DNA of 64,000 nucleotides from Fibrobacteria bacterium (GCA_043732185.1 JAYTHY010000036.1:34212-98211); one strand, 5' to 3'; positions 1 to 10,791 are shown, counted from the first letter of the stretch. The notes: generated from the letters alone by a model not told the origin. Numbers and translations are program-made.

Positions 1-1955
1 CCGATGAATTGCATTGGGCCTGGGCGATAGAGCGCGTTCATGGCGATCATGTCTTCAACGCTGCTGGGCTTGAGCTTGCGCAGATAGTCCTGCATGCCGC
101 CCGATTCAAATTGAAAAATTCCCACTGTCAAGCCTTTGCCCAGAAGCTGGAAGGTGGGGCCGTCTTTTTCAGGTAGGGTGAAAAGATCCAGTTTTACACC
201 CGTGGTTTGTTCCACTTGAAGCAAGGCATCCTTGATCACGGAAAGATTGCGTAGACCCAGAAAATCCATCTTGAGTAGGCCGATGCTTTCCGAATACGTC
301 ATATCGTACTGAATCATCACTTGATCGGAATCCGGCTGCCGAAACAGAGGTGCAAAATTGACCACTGCCTGTGGTGCAATGATCACGGCCGCTGCGTGCA
401 TGCCGGCTTGACGTACCACGCCTTCCAGGCTAAGCGCATAATTCCACATTTGTTTGTATGGGACGCCGCCGGATTCAATGGCTTTGAGCACCTCGGGAAT
501 ATCGGACACATAACTGTTTTCCGATTTTTTATCCGAGGCGGGTCGAACTAATCCTTTGGTCAATGCCGGAATGAGCTTGTTTATCTTATCCACTTCTTTG
601 TGATCGATGCCGAGTACGCGGGCGACATCCTTTAGCGCAGCCTTGGCTTTAAGCCGGCCATAGGTTACGATTTGCGCAACCGAATCCGTACCGTACTTTT
701 CCACCACGTATTGAATGGCAGCCTGGCGACCGCTATCGGAAAAATCCGTATCGATATCCGGCATGCTCACGCGCTCCGGATTGAGGAAGCGCTCGAAGAG
801 CAGTTTGTAGCGGATGGGATCCACATCGGTAATCCCCACCGCAAAGGATACCAGAGAGCCTACTGCCGAGCCGCGTCCTGGACCTACCGGAATGTCCATG
901 CCCCGGGCTGCATTGATAAAGTCCTGGACGATTAGCATGTAACCAGCCACGTTCATGTCCTTCATCACTTTCAGCTCGAATTCAAGCCGATCCGTGAGTT
1001 CTGGCGTAACGACTGGATAACGCTTGGCTAAGCCTTGTCTCGCCAAATGCGCCAGATATTGGTCCCCATCCGAAAAAGTATCAGGAATAGGAAATTGCGG
1101 AAGATGCAACTTGCCGAATTCAATGGTGACATCGCATTGATCGGAAATACGAATTGTGTTTTCCAAGGCTTGAGGATATTCCCCAAAGAGCGACTCCATT
1201 TCCTCCGCGGACCGCAAGTAATATTGGTCGGATGGAAATCGCGGGTGATTGGGCTCTTTGATCTTGTGGCCGCCCTCGATGCAAAGCAGGATTTCATGGG
1301 CCTCGGCATCGGCCTTCTCCAGATAATGCACATCATTGACCGCTACCAGTTTCCATCCGGCAGATTTGTGTAATTCCAAGAACCGGCGATTGACGGTTTC
1401 CTCCGCTGCCACACCATGGGATTGCACGCACAGGTATACATTTTCCTTTCCGAATAAATCGGAATAGGCTTCCAGGATTTCCAGGGCCCGGCTGTCATTG
1501 CCTTTCAGAATATGCTGGCCTACTTCACCCTGAAAATTGGCGGTGAGACAAATCAGACCTTGGCTGCGGCCCTTCAGCGATTCATGATCGATTCGGGGTT
1601 TCTGATAGAAGCCGTCGAGGTATCCATCCGAACAGATGCGCAGAAGATTTTTATACCCGATATTGGTAGCGGCCAGCAATATAATTTTAGCATGGGTAAC
1701 TTGATTGGCTGAATAGGTGCGATTGGTGCGTCTATCCGGCGCAACATAAAGATCACAGCCCAATAGCGGTTTGATACCCGCTTTTTTGGCCGCGTGGTAG
1801 AATTCGAGAATGCCAAACATGTTGCCGTGGTCGGTCAAGGCCAAGGCCGGCTGTAGCATGGCAGCGGCCTTTTTCACCAAGGCGCTGGTGCGCGCCGAGG
1901 ACTGGAGCATCGAGTACTCCGAATGGGTATGGAGATGGACGAATCGTTTCTCCAT
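1..1955 (-). CDS. dnaE: DNA polymerase III alpha subunit (N-terminal part; runs off window start)
   Basis: Not in the ORF track because it has no stop in the window. Manual translation from ATG 1955 gives MEKRFVHLHTHSEYSMLQSS (PHP domain), later GPGRGS, FERFLNPERVSMPDIDTDF and MNALYRPGPM. Alternative GTG start at 1961. Confidence 0.96.
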   Translation of the reverse strand, partial: MEKRFVHLHTHSEYSMLQSSARTSALVKKAAAMLQPALALTDHGNMFGILEFYHAAKKAGIKPLLGCDLYVAPDRRTNRTYSANQVTHAKIILLAATNIGYKNLLRICSDGYLDGFYQKPRIDHESLKGRSQGLICLTANFQGEVGQHILKGNDSRALEILEAYSDLFGKENVYLCVQSHGVAAEETVNRRFLELHKSAGWKLVAVNDVHYLEKADAEAHEILLCIEGGHKIKEPNHPRFPSDQYYLRSAEEMESLFGEYPQALENTIRISDQCDVTIEFGKLHLPQFPIPDTFSDGDQYLAHLARQGLAKRYPVVTPELTDRLEFELKVMKDMNVAGYMLIVQDFINAARGMDIPVGPGRGSAVGSLVSFAVGITDVDPIRYKLLFERFLNPERVSMPDIDTDFSDSGRQAAIQYVVEKYGTDSVAQIVTYGRLKAKAALKDVARVLGIDHKEVDKINKLIPALTKGLVRPASDKKSENSYVSDIPEVLKAIESGGVPYKQMWNYALSLEGVVRQAGMHAAAVIIAPQAVVNFAPLFRQPDSDQVMIQYDMTYSESIGLLKMDFLGLRNLSVIKDALLQVEQTTGVKLDLFTLPEKDGPTFQLLGKGLTVGIFQFESGGMQDYLRKLKPSSVEDMIAMNALYRPGPMQFI

Positions 1956-1961
1956 ATCCAC

Positions 1962-3863
1962 CTACTCCATAATCCGCATGGCTTTCACATTCTCAAGCAC
2001 ATACTCGTTCCTGTGTCCGGATTCCATTTCTATGCCAATGAGCTTTACTGGATTACGATTTTTGAGAATGAGCAGAGGTTTCAAGGCAATGCGCTTGGGC
2101 GCGGGCGAGGGATAACTGAATTCGATTTTCAATTCTTTGGCGATGGCCTCTTCGAGGTTTCCAATCAGCTGTGCCATTTCCTGCTCCCGCGAGGCTACGG
2201 AAAATTTGTCTTGGGGCACGGCCGGCTGGGCGCGCAAATTGCCGGGAGTTTCCCGGTAGGCCAGTTGGCCTAAGGTAGGAACCGCAAGTTCCCATGTCCC
2301 GCCCATAGGTGTCAGGGCAACCTTTTCCAATTGTACAGTGCGTCGCGAGTCTTCGCCAGGTACAAGGCCGAAGTGTTGTAGCAATTCCTTCACTTGGGGT
2401 TTGTTCTGGCGGTTCAGTACAAACCCATAATCGGGAATGACCTCGGTGATGAGTTCCAGGAATTGTGGGATTTCTTGCAGCTCTCGGAAACGTACCGCGT
2501 CGGATACTCTGAGTACCAGCGCATCCATGAAAAGGGTAGAGGCATAAGTTGAAGCCCAATCCAGCAGGGTTCGTCGCGCGGGAGCTTCGAAGCCGAGCCA
2601 GGTAAGCGTATGCTTGAACTCCTCCATGGGAAGCCCGGCTTGCAACCCTTGGATGACGCTCTCCTTGGTGAAATGATAACGTCCCATGAATTCGTCATTG
2701 CACTTTTGTCCCACCAATTCCAAATCGTGGAGCAAGTTGAGGGGCGAGTCCAGTGGAACCAAGCTTTCCAGATTGGGCAAACTGATGGGCCGCGAAGAGC
2801 TGGATTCCATTTCTTGATTGGCTGAGTACAGGTGTAAACTTTCTGGTGCGGTTCGAATCCAGGCTATGCGACCTTTTGCCATTCCGAAATCAACCAAGCC
2901 CAGAAGCCAGAGTTCCTGTAAAACCTTGGGAAGGTTTTCCCAAGTGAAAGCACTTTTTTCGTCCAAATAGGTTTTGCGTTGTGGACCAGAATAGATCCAG
3001 AATACATTGGCCCAAAGTGAAATCCTGGAAGCGGAAAGTGTTCCAATCGATTCTGAAAGCGCCAAACTGAATAGCGCCTTTAAGGTGTGGGACATGCCAT
3101 GCAAACGACTCGATGTCCACCAATGGGCCATACGCAACCAGGCATCGTTGCGGCTTTCCTTGAGCAAGGACTTGCCTTCCACGGAAAGGTGAAGCACTCC
3201 GTCTTCCTGCAATACAAGATGCGTGGCGACTGCAAAGTGGAGCAGAAACTGAACTTCTTCTCCAGGCAAAGCAGAGGACAGTTTTTCCCCAAAGGAAAAT
3301 CGTTGTGACAATTCCAGTAAATCTTTCCTGTGCATTTCACCGCTTTGGGTGATTTTAACTGCGCCCAGTTCCACTTGCGTGAGAAAATGACAAAGATGCG
3401 AAGTTAGGAAATGCTTATAGCTGATCCAGTTCGTGCCCTCCTGACTTGGGCCGTAGGTGCATAACTCTTTGAGCACCGCGGGAAGGATCCCTTGCGCCAT
3501 TTCCCGGAAGCCGTAATAGACACGGGATTTTTCCAGATCACGGGTAAAGATCAGCAGCTCCTGCTCCATTTTTCCAAGCAGCATCAGGACTTGGGAGGGC
3601 GGGAACCCGTCCAAGGAGCTCAGCAATTCAGCTTCCGTAGCTCCGCGGTCTTCGGCGACATAAATCAAGGCCAGTAGATATCGGCCTTGTTTCTCAACTT
3701 CCTGCAGCCTGCTGAGAATGCGTTCGTTTTCCAGCGCCCAGGCATAAACCAGTTCAATAACCTTCGCAGCCTGCATCAAGCCTACATTGGGGTCACTGCG
3801 CCTGTGAAGCTTTATGACATAGGATTTTGGGGCATCCGTCAAGAATTCGAGAAGGGAGTGCAA
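1962..3863 (-). CDS. XPB/Ssl2-type helicase-associated domain protein with C-terminal WYL-like domain
   Basis: 633 aa. YHFTKESVIQGLQAGLPMEEF resembles the Helicase_C_3 motif. The C-terminus LEEAIAKELKIEFSY...RIALKPL...GHRNEYVLENV resembles a WYL fold. No Walker motifs seen. Confidence 0.6.
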   Translation of the reverse strand: MHSLLEFLTDAPKSYVIKLHRRSDPNVGLMQAAKVIELVYAWALENERILSRLQEVEKQGRYLLALIYVAEDRGATEAELLSSLDGFPPSQVLMLLGKMEQELLIFTRDLEKSRVYYGFREMAQGILPAVLKELCTYGPSQEGTNWISYKHFLTSHLCHFLTQVELGAVKITQSGEMHRKDLLELSQRFSFGEKLSSALPGEEVQFLLHFAVATHLVLQEDGVLHLSVEGKSLLKESRNDAWLRMAHWWTSSRLHGMSHTLKALFSLALSESIGTLSASRISLWANVFWIYSGPQRKTYLDEKSAFTWENLPKVLQELWLLGLVDFGMAKGRIAWIRTAPESLHLYSANQEMESSSSRPISLPNLESLVPLDSPLNLLHDLELVGQKCNDEFMGRYHFTKESVIQGLQAGLPMEEFKHTLTWLGFEAPARRTLLDWASTYASTLFMDALVLRVSDAVRFRELQEIPQFLELITEVIPDYGFVLNRQNKPQVKELLQHFGLVPGEDSRRTVQLEKVALTPMGGTWELAVPTLGQLAYRETPGNLRAQPAVPQDKFSVASREQEMAQLIGNLEEAIAKELKIEFSYPSPAPKRIALKPLLILKNRNPVKLIGIEMESGHRNEYVLENVKAMRIME

Positions 3864-4089
3864 TCGACCATACCTGTTTAATTTGGGATAAGGGGAGTAA
3901 ATATAATTCCTAAGTGACTGGTCAATATCTACTCATACCTTCCGGAAATTGGGATCGATTTACCACCTTAAAGGGTCCACGGCATTCTATTTTGGAGGAG
4001 AACAGCGAAAAGCACCTGGTTACGACCTAAACCATACTTTGGCCCTGGAATTGCTTATTGGACCCATAGGAATATTCAGTCTGATTCAA

Positions 4090-5298
4090 ATGAATGCCCA
4101 AATGAAACCAAACAGCACTTTTTTAGCCAGAAATCGGCTTTTTATCCACCTATTGAGCAAGGTTTTAGCCATTGCGCTGATTTTTCAAATGAGTGCCAAT
4201 GCCCTTTTCCTAAAGGAACCTATAACGGCCATGCGAGTGGCCAATAACAGCATTGTTATGGATGGACGGCCGGATGCAATTTGGAAGGCACTTGCGGCGC
4301 GTTACAGTTCCAACACCCTCAGTTTTAGCAGTTATCCCAATATTGTGCTCCTACAATCCGATGCCATTCGCAATGCCCCTCCAGCCAATTATTACACGGC
4401 ACCCTCGCTGGGTTCTATAACCATGGTAGCCGCTTACGATGACTTTGCACTTTACTTTTTTTTCTTGGTTAAAGAGAACACCGCATTTAATCCTACTACA
4501 CTGTGCACGGCAACGAATCTTTGGAAAGCCAATACCCCTGAGGTGTTTATCGATCCCTCCCCTTGGGATGAGAACAATTATCGCGCCTATTTTTCTTTGG
4601 ATGGCACTGGACTGGTATTTGGTACCTCTCCGAAAACCGTTCAACTGGATAAGCCTATTTATCCCACGGATACACGGTTCTTTTTTCGAAATCGCAAAAC
4701 AGCTCCAGATAAATTTCAGATTCCAGCCTCCCCTCCAAGCGGGGTATTGGCCATGGCCTCGGTCCATTCCAAAAATGACAGTTTGCTGGTTGGAGTAGAA
4801 ATGAAAGTTCCCTATTGGACCGGCAACGCTATAGATTTCGAGCCCGGAAAAAGCATGTTCATTTCATGGGGATATAACCACTATCCCAATGCTGGCAAAG
4901 CCAATTGCGATTCCACACCAATTGCGTACAGATGGGCCAAGCACTATTTGACTTATACCGCCGGGGATGCGAATAAACCGGTAGGTTGGCGCGCAGGAGA
5001 CAGCACCCACTTTGATCCAACGCGTTCTTGGGACGGGTGGGGACGGTTCGATCTCTACTCTGGATCGGTATACACGGGGAATTGCACTTTTACGGATACC
5101 GCAACATGGGAATTAAGTAGATGGAGCCAGATGTGCTCACCTGCAACGGAAATAGCCTCTCCTGAGAAAAAGGTTCCCAAAAAGAAAGAACGGCCATCAC
5201 TAAAGCCGTTCTTATTTCAAGATGTACTGCGGGATGCACGGGGCCGATTAGTCGAGGCCCCAGTCAAGATTCACTTCGGCAAAGCCCCTTCGCCGTAG
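4090..5298 (+). CDS. Secreted protein with CBM9/DOMON-like sugar-binding domain
   Basis: Signal-like LLSKVLAIALIFQMSANA, then IVMDGRPDAIW, AAYDDFALYFFFLV and EVFIDP, as in CBM9-like domains. Basic tail with RDARGR. The ORF opens at 3949 and the true start is uncertain (4090 or 4102). Confidence 0.5.
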   Translation: MNAQMKPNSTFLARNRLFIHLLSKVLAIALIFQMSANALFLKEPITAMRVANNSIVMDGRPDAIWKALAARYSSNTLSFSSYPNIVLLQSDAIRNAPPANYYTAPSLGSITMVAAYDDFALYFFFLVKENTAFNPTTLCTATNLWKANTPEVFIDPSPWDENNYRAYFSLDGTGLVFGTSPKTVQLDKPIYPTDTRFFFRNRKTAPDKFQIPASPPSGVLAMASVHSKNDSLLVGVEMKVPYWTGNAIDFEPGKSMFISWGYNHYPNAGKANCDSTPIAYRWAKHYLTYTAGDANKPVGWRAGDSTHFDPTRSWDGWGRFDLYSGSVYTGNCTFTDTATWELSRWSQMCSPATEIASPEKKVPKKKERPSLKPFLFQDVLRDARGRLVEAPVKIHFGKAPSP

Positions 5299-5339
5299 CA
5301 GATAAAATAGTCCAGGCCTAAAAAAGGCCCGGATCCAAG

Positions 5340-5567
5340 TTACATGGGGTTGTCGCGTTTGCCGCTGCCGTCGTATTCAATAGCAATGGTGCCCACTGGA
5401 CAGCCTTCGGCCGCTTCTACGATTTCATCTTTCAATCCCAATTTCGCGCCAGCTTTGATGACCATTTTTTCTGGGACTTCAAAGACTTCAGGGCAAGTAG
5501 CTTCACAAGCCCCGCACATGGTGCATTCATTTTCGCTTTCGTCGAGCCAAACCTTGGTTACGGCCAT
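5340..5567 (-). CDS. Single-cluster [4Fe-4S]/[3Fe-4S] ferredoxin
   Basis: CTMCGAC...CPEVF and AAEGCPVG motifs; 75 aa; GGAG SD upstream. Confidence 0.9.
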   Translation of the reverse strand: MAVTKVWLDESENECTMCGACEATCPEVFEVPEKMVIKAGAKLGLKDEIVEAAEGCPVGTIAIEYDGSGKRDNPM

Positions 5568-5793
5568 TTCTCCAAACTCCTGTCTTATTCGATATTTTAC
5601 GGTATGGCCAGGTATTAAGCACTTATTAAAAACCCAGACCCTACCAAAACTCCCCTAAGGGGATTGTTATTACACTTTTTAGAAGATACTAGGGCCATGT
5701 CTATTTGGCAATAAAAGCGGGTTTTTGATACGGATCAAGAGACGCACTTCAGAGGTACAAAGTGGCGGCCCTACTTGCTATTTTCGCTATCCA

Positions 5794-6825
5794 ATGCAAA
5801 TAGAAGTAGGAATACTCGGAGCGACGGGTTTTACGGGTGGGGAATTGGTGGGTTTGCTGATACGGCACCCGCACGTTCGATTGGCTTGGCTGAGTTCGGA
5901 ATCTCAGCCGGGACAGGCCTATGGCAAAGTTTACCCGCAATTTTTGGGGTTTCTCCCCGCAGCTGCTGAGAAAATGAAAAGTTTTGAAGCCATTAAGGAT
6001 ACGGTTCCCGATGTCGTATTCTCGTGTCTGCCGCATGGCACATCCGCTGAGTGCGTCGCGCCCTTTCTGTCCAATGGCAAAACCTGCGTGATCGATTTAT
6101 CGGCGGATTTTCGCCTTAAGGATGCTGGAATTTTCGCTCAAGCGTATGGGCATGCCCATCCTGCTCCTGAACGTCTGCCGGGCAGCTTATACGGCCTGTC
6201 GGAAATCCATGGGGCAGCAATAATCGGAGCTAAGCTGATTGCCAATCCGGGCTGCTATCCCACCTCGGTGCTGCTTCCGCTTTTTCCTCTGCTAAAAATG
6301 GGATTGATTTCCTACGAAGGTATCATCATCGATTCCAAGTCAGGCGTTTCCGGGGCCGGCAAAAAAGCCACCGAGACCACGCATTATGTGAACGCCAATG
6401 AAAGTGTTGCGGCCTATGCCATCGGGGATCAACATCGCCATCGCTTGGAAATACAGGAACAACTGGGTTTGGCCGCTGGAAAGAAAGTGGAAGTGCTCTT
6501 CACGCCGCATCTCATACCCATGGAAAGAGGCATTCTCTCCACACTCTATTGCGATCTCATGCCCGGAGTGGGCGAGACCGATATTGTTACTTGCCTACGC
6601 AAACACTATGGCGATTCTGATTTTGTACGCATTCGCGAGGAATTGCCGCGCACCGGTGACGTTAAGCATACCAATCTCTGTCATATCAAAGCCTATCAGC
6701 CGATAGGCAGCCGAAAGCTCATTCTCATTTCCGTGATCGACAATATGGTTAAAGGCGCTTCCGGCCAGGCGGTTCAGAACATGAACTTGGCATTTGGTCT
6801 TTCCCCTAGGCTAGGTTTGATTTAG
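5794..6825 (+). CDS. argC: N-acetyl-gamma-glutamyl-phosphate reductase
   Basis: GILGATGFTG, DLSADFR, IANPGCYPT, SGVSGAG and IDNMVKGASGQA motifs; start set at ATG 5794. Confidence 0.96.
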   Translation: MQIEVGILGATGFTGGELVGLLIRHPHVRLAWLSSESQPGQAYGKVYPQFLGFLPAAAEKMKSFEAIKDTVPDVVFSCLPHGTSAECVAPFLSNGKTCVIDLSADFRLKDAGIFAQAYGHAHPAPERLPGSLYGLSEIHGAAIIGAKLIANPGCYPTSVLLPLFPLLKMGLISYEGIIIDSKSGVSGAGKKATETTHYVNANESVAAYAIGDQHRHRLEIQEQLGLAAGKKVEVLFTPHLIPMERGILSTLYCDLMPGVGETDIVTCLRKHYGDSDFVRIREELPRTGDVKHTNLCHIKAYQPIGSRKLILISVIDNMVKGASGQAVQNMNLAFGLSPRLGLI

Positions 6826-6830
6826 GCAAG

Positions 6831-7646
6831 TTGACCGGAACTATCGCTACTATGAACGCGTCTTCAAATTTTCCCCGACCCTGCGTCATCAAAATCGGCG
6901 GCTCGATGATGGATGATGAAACGGCCTTGGTCGGCTTGTGTCAGGCGCTGGTGGAGTTGCGCACAACCGGCATGCGCCTGGTATTAGTGCATGGCGGGGG
7001 TAAGGATATCAACCGGCATCTCGCATGGCTAAATGAAGAACCCGTTTTCCTACAGGGCCTGCGGGTTACCAGTCAGGCAGCCTTGAAAGTAGTGGAAATG
7101 ACGCTTACCGGATATGTCAATCAAAAGCTGGTGAGCCTGCTGAATGCGAAGGAGGCTGTGGCGGCAGGCGTTAGCGGAGTGGACGGGAATACTTTTCTAT
7201 GCGAACGCATTTCCGCAGAGTTGGGTCAAGTGGGGCGAATTGTAAAAGTCCATACGGAACTCGTCGACACCTTGCTGGAGGCAGGATTTCTCCCCGTCGT
7301 TTCTCCCATTTCCGTGGATGGCAATCAAGCCCATTTCAATGTCAACGCCGATGATGCCGCTTCCGCATTGGCCGTGGCCATGCATGCTGAAAAACTGATC
7401 TTTGTTTCCGATATCGAAGGGGTGCGGGGACAAGATGGTCTGCGCATTTCCGAGCTGGACGACGCGTCTACGCAGGCGCTTATTCAGGATAATGTGGCGA
7501 CGGGTGGCATGATCCCCAAATTGAATTCGTGCCGGGCCGCCTTAACCAGCGGCGTCGCCCAGGTGCATATCTGCGGCTGGTCCGGATCCGATCGCTTTGC
7601 CGCTCAAGTGCGCGGCGATGTCAATACCGGCACCATCATTCGTTAA
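6831..7646 (+). CDS. argB: Acetylglutamate kinase
   Basis: VIKIGGS, VHGGG, GLRVT, NVNAD and GGMIPKL motifs. Confidence 0.96.
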   Translation: MTGTIATMNASSNFPRPCVIKIGGSMMDDETALVGLCQALVELRTTGMRLVLVHGGGKDINRHLAWLNEEPVFLQGLRVTSQAALKVVEMTLTGYVNQKLVSLLNAKEAVAAGVSGVDGNTFLCERISAELGQVGRIVKVHTELVDTLLEAGFLPVVSPISVDGNQAHFNVNADDAASALAVAMHAEKLIFVSDIEGVRGQDGLRISELDDASTQALIQDNVATGGMIPKLNSCRAALTSGVAQVHICGWSGSDRFAAQVRGDVNTGTIIR

Positions 7647-7655
7647 TCCACTCCA

Positions 7656-8858
7656 GTGGAACACTCAAGGAAGGACGTAACATCCATGGAACCTAATTAT
7701 TTGATCCAAAATTATGGAGTACGGGATCTCGTCATCGTCCGCGGCCAGGGAAGTTGGGTGTGGGATGATAAAGGAACGCGCTACTTGGACTGCGTCTCTG
7801 GAATAGCCGTTAACGCCTTTGGCCATTGTTTCCCACCCATTGTAGCTGCCATCCAACAACAGCTCGAATTGTACCTGCATGCCAGTAATCTGTATTTGAT
7901 GCAGCCGCAAATGAAGTTGGCGGAAGTTTTATGCCAGGCCATGGGAATGGACAAAGCCTTCTTTTGCAACAGCGGCACTGAGGCCAATGAAGGGGCGATA
8001 AAATTTGCCCGCAGACATTGGCTTTCCCAAGGTCTGGATCAGAAAATTGAAATTCTTTCCTTTACCTCTTCGTTTCATGGCCGCACGTACGCGTCCATGG
8101 CGGCGACCGGTCAGGATAAAATCCGAAACGGTTTTGGACCGCTTCCCGGTGGCTTTCGCACGCTCCCTGTAAATGATGCCGCCGCTTTGCGTGCGGCTGT
8201 AGGCCCGCAAACGGCCGCCATTTTGTTTGAGCCATGGTTGGCCGAGGGAGGCATAGTCGCACTGTCTTCCGAAACCATCCAGGCCCTTAAGGAAGCCCAG
8301 TCTAAGGGCGTGCTGCTTATCGCCGATGAAATCCAAACGGGCCTAGGCCGTACCGGGGAGATTTTGGCGTCCAGGGCTATGGGACTGAATCCCGATTTGG
8401 TGACCCTGGCCAAGGCGCTGGGGGGAGGCTTGCCGCTAGGCGCGGTGTTGATGCAGAATGCGGTGGCGGACTCCATTCATGCGGGTGATCACGGTTCCAC
8501 TTTCGGCGGAAACCCGGTGGCTTGTGCAGCCGGACTGGCGGTGCTCGGTGCATTATTACGCGAGGGATTTCTGGCAGAGGCCCGAATACGCGCCGCCGCC
8601 CTGCGGCAGGGGCTGCAAACACTTGTGGATCGAAAGGCTGTGGAAGGCATTGCATGCGGTCCGGTTTTAGGAAAGGGATTTCTTACCGGCTTCCGCTATG
8701 GTGGGGATTTAGCGGCTTTGATGCTGTCCTGCCGTCGTCAGGGAGTGCTGGTGCATCGGGCGGGCCAGGATGTTTTAAGACTTTTACCGCCGATAAACAT
8801 TTCCAAGGAAGAGATTGGAGAGCTGATTGACCGGTTGGATCGGGCCATGGTAAAATAA
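7656..8858 (+). CDS. argD: Acetylornithine aminotransferase
   Basis: FCNSGTEANE, SFHGRT, DEIQTGLGRTG, AKALGGG and HGSTFGGNP motifs; lies in the arg cluster. Confidence 0.93.
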   Translation: MEHSRKDVTSMEPNYLIQNYGVRDLVIVRGQGSWVWDDKGTRYLDCVSGIAVNAFGHCFPPIVAAIQQQLELYLHASNLYLMQPQMKLAEVLCQAMGMDKAFFCNSGTEANEGAIKFARRHWLSQGLDQKIEILSFTSSFHGRTYASMAATGQDKIRNGFGPLPGGFRTLPVNDAAALRAAVGPQTAAILFEPWLAEGGIVALSSETIQALKEAQSKGVLLIADEIQTGLGRTGEILASRAMGLNPDLVTLAKALGGGLPLGAVLMQNAVADSIHAGDHGSTFGGNPVACAAGLAVLGALLREGFLAEARIRAAALRQGLQTLVDRKAVEGIACGPVLGKGFLTGFRYGGDLAALMLSCRRQGVLVHRAGQDVLRLLPPINISKEEIGELIDRLDRAMVK

Positions 8859-8885
8859 AGCGAAAGCATAACTTCGCAGGTAGCC

Positions 8886-9371
8886 GTGTCCTCCAAGATG
8901 TTCAAGAAAATTACGCGAGCCTACCACATCGGGGACGTTATTTTCCAGCAAGGCTCGAAATGCGACGGAATTTATAGCGTGCAAAAAGGCTTGGTCTCGG
9001 TTTACAAAACCAAAGCGACGCCCCAAGGTCCCGTGGATATTGAGCTGGTCCAGCTTGGGCCGGGCAGCATGTTCGGCGAAATGGGAATGTTCGACAACAC
9101 TCCCCGTGACGCTTCCGTCAAAGCCCTGGAGTTTACCGAAGTCATCATCATCACGAGAGAAATGTTCGAATCCCAGATGGCGGCTTTGCCTCCATGGATC
9201 ATGAATTTCATCAAAATTCTTTCCGGCCGTCTCCGAGTCACCAATGAAAAATTGGCCGTGGTCATGCAAACGATGGAAACCAATGGCATCAAGCCACCGG
9301 AAGAGAAATCGGAGCCGGTTGCAGAGGTGAGCCTGATACCACCTGAGTCTGATGATTCTCCCGTCGTCTAA
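8886..9371 (+). CDS. Stand-alone cyclic-nucleotide-binding (Crp-like) domain protein without HTH
   Basis: GDVIFQQG, LGPGSMFGEMG and PRDASVKA, then a C-helix (LSGRLR) and an acidic tail. Confidence 0.85.
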   Translation: MSSKMFKKITRAYHIGDVIFQQGSKCDGIYSVQKGLVSVYKTKATPQGPVDIELVQLGPGSMFGEMGMFDNTPRDASVKALEFTEVIIITREMFESQMAALPPWIMNFIKILSGRLRVTNEKLAVVMQTMETNGIKPPEEKSEPVAEVSLIPPESDDSPVV

Positions 9372-9447
9372 TTCCCCCTGATTTTGTGCTACATTTATCT
9401 TTGCAAACCAGATGCCAGGCGGTTTCCCGGCATCTATGAAAGGTGTC

Positions 9448-10782
9448 ATGGAGAAGCGGAGCAAGAGCAGCGAAACGAAGTCGGTGAAGAATTCTCACAA
9501 GCGTGGCAAAGGCGCTAAGGCCGTTGGGGCCGGTAAGGCTGATAAGGCCGGTAGGGCCGGTAAGCCGAAAGTGGTGTTGGCATATTCGGGAGGCCTGGAT
9601 ACTTCCGTCATCATTCCTTGGTTGATCGAAAATTACGATGTGGATGTCATCGCGTTTGCAGCCGATATCGGCCAAGGCAAAATCGAAACCGACCCACTCA
9701 AGGAAAAAGCCGCGCGAACTGGCGCTTCCAAATGTTATGTGCTGGATTTGCGACAGGAATTTTTAGAGGAATATGTTTGGCCCACCTTAAAGGCAGGGGC
9801 TAAATATGAAGGCCAGTATCTCCTCGGTACATCCATGGCTCGGCCCTTAATCGCCAAGCACCAGGTTTTGATCGCCGAGAAGGAAGGCGCCTATGCCGTG
9901 TCCCATGGGGCAACGGGTAAGGGCAACGATCAAGTGCGATTTGAATTGACTTACATGGCCATGAACCCGCACCTCAAAATTATTGCCCCTTGGAAAGATC
10001 CCAAGTGGAATATCCGCTCCCGTGAAGATGCCATTGAATACGCTGAAGAGCGCAATATTCCACTGACGGTATCCAAGAAAAAGATCTATTCCGAGGACGG
10101 TAATCTTTGGCATTTGTCCCATGAAGGCGGCTCCCTGGAGCATCCCGAAAAGGAACACAATTGGGACATGCTTCGCTGGACGACTCTGCCGGAAAAGGCG
10201 CCCAACGTCGCCGGTTATGTCGACATTGAATTTCATAAGGGCATTCCCGTCGGCTTGGATGGCAAGCGCCTAGGCGCTGTGGCATTGGTCGAGAAGCTGA
10301 ATATATTGGGTGGCAAACACGGCTGCGGCTTGGTGGATATGGTTGAAAACCGTCTGGTGGGTATGAAGTCCAGAGGTGTGTATGAAACACCCGGCGGCGC
10401 GTTGCTCTACCGCGCCCATGAATTCCTGGAACAACTGGTGCTAGATCGGGACACGCTGCTTTATAAGCAAGGCGTGGGCGCAAAATACGCGCAGATGGTC
10501 TATGACGGCTTATGGTTCACGCCATTGCGACAAGCCTTGGACAGCTTTATCAATACAACCCAAGAAGTAGTTACCGGTTCCGTGACGCTGAAACTGTATA
10601 AGGGAAATATGAGTTTGGCCAAGATGTCCAGCCCCTTCTCCTTGTATGATCCAGGTTTGGGCGGATTCTCGGACGTCGATACGTACAATCAGCAGGACGC
10701 CACAGGGTTTATCAAATGTTTGGGACTGCCGCTCAAAATGCGGGCATTGCTCCTGGGCAAAAAGAGCCCGGTTCGGATCTGA
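9448..10782 (+). CDS. argG: Argininosuccinate synthase
   Basis: [26 protein letters not shown] and [17 protein letters not shown] motifs; basic N-terminal extension. Confidence 0.97.
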   Translation: MEKRSKSSETKSVKNSHKRGKGAKAVGAGKADKAGRAGKPKVVLAYSGGLDTSVIIPWLIENYDVDVIAFAADIGQGKIETDPLKEKAARTGASKCYVLDLRQEFLEEYVWPTLKAGAKYEGQYLLGTSMARPLIAKHQVLIAEKEGAYAVSHGATGKGNDQVRFELTYMAMNPHLKIIAPWKDPKWNIRSREDAIEYAEERNIPLTVSKKKIYSEDGNLWHLSHEGGSLEHPEKEHNWDMLRWTTLPEKAPNVAGYVDIEFHKGIPVGLDGKRLGAVALVEKLNILGGKHGCGLVDMVENRLVGMKSRGVYETPGGALLYRAHEFLEQLVLDRDTLLYKQGVGAKYAQMVYDGLWFTPLRQALDSFINTTQEVVTGSVTLKLYKGNMSLAKMSSPFSLYDPGLGGFSDVDTYNQQDATGFIKCLGLPLKMRALLLGKKSPVRI

Positions 10783-10791
10783 AAGGATTGC

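Noticed and set aside
1..1955. Intein or split in dnaE
   Set aside because: The motifs I translated (PHP, GPGRGS, PDIDTDF, ALYRPGP) follow at normal spacing. The C-terminal part is outside the window and cannot be judged.
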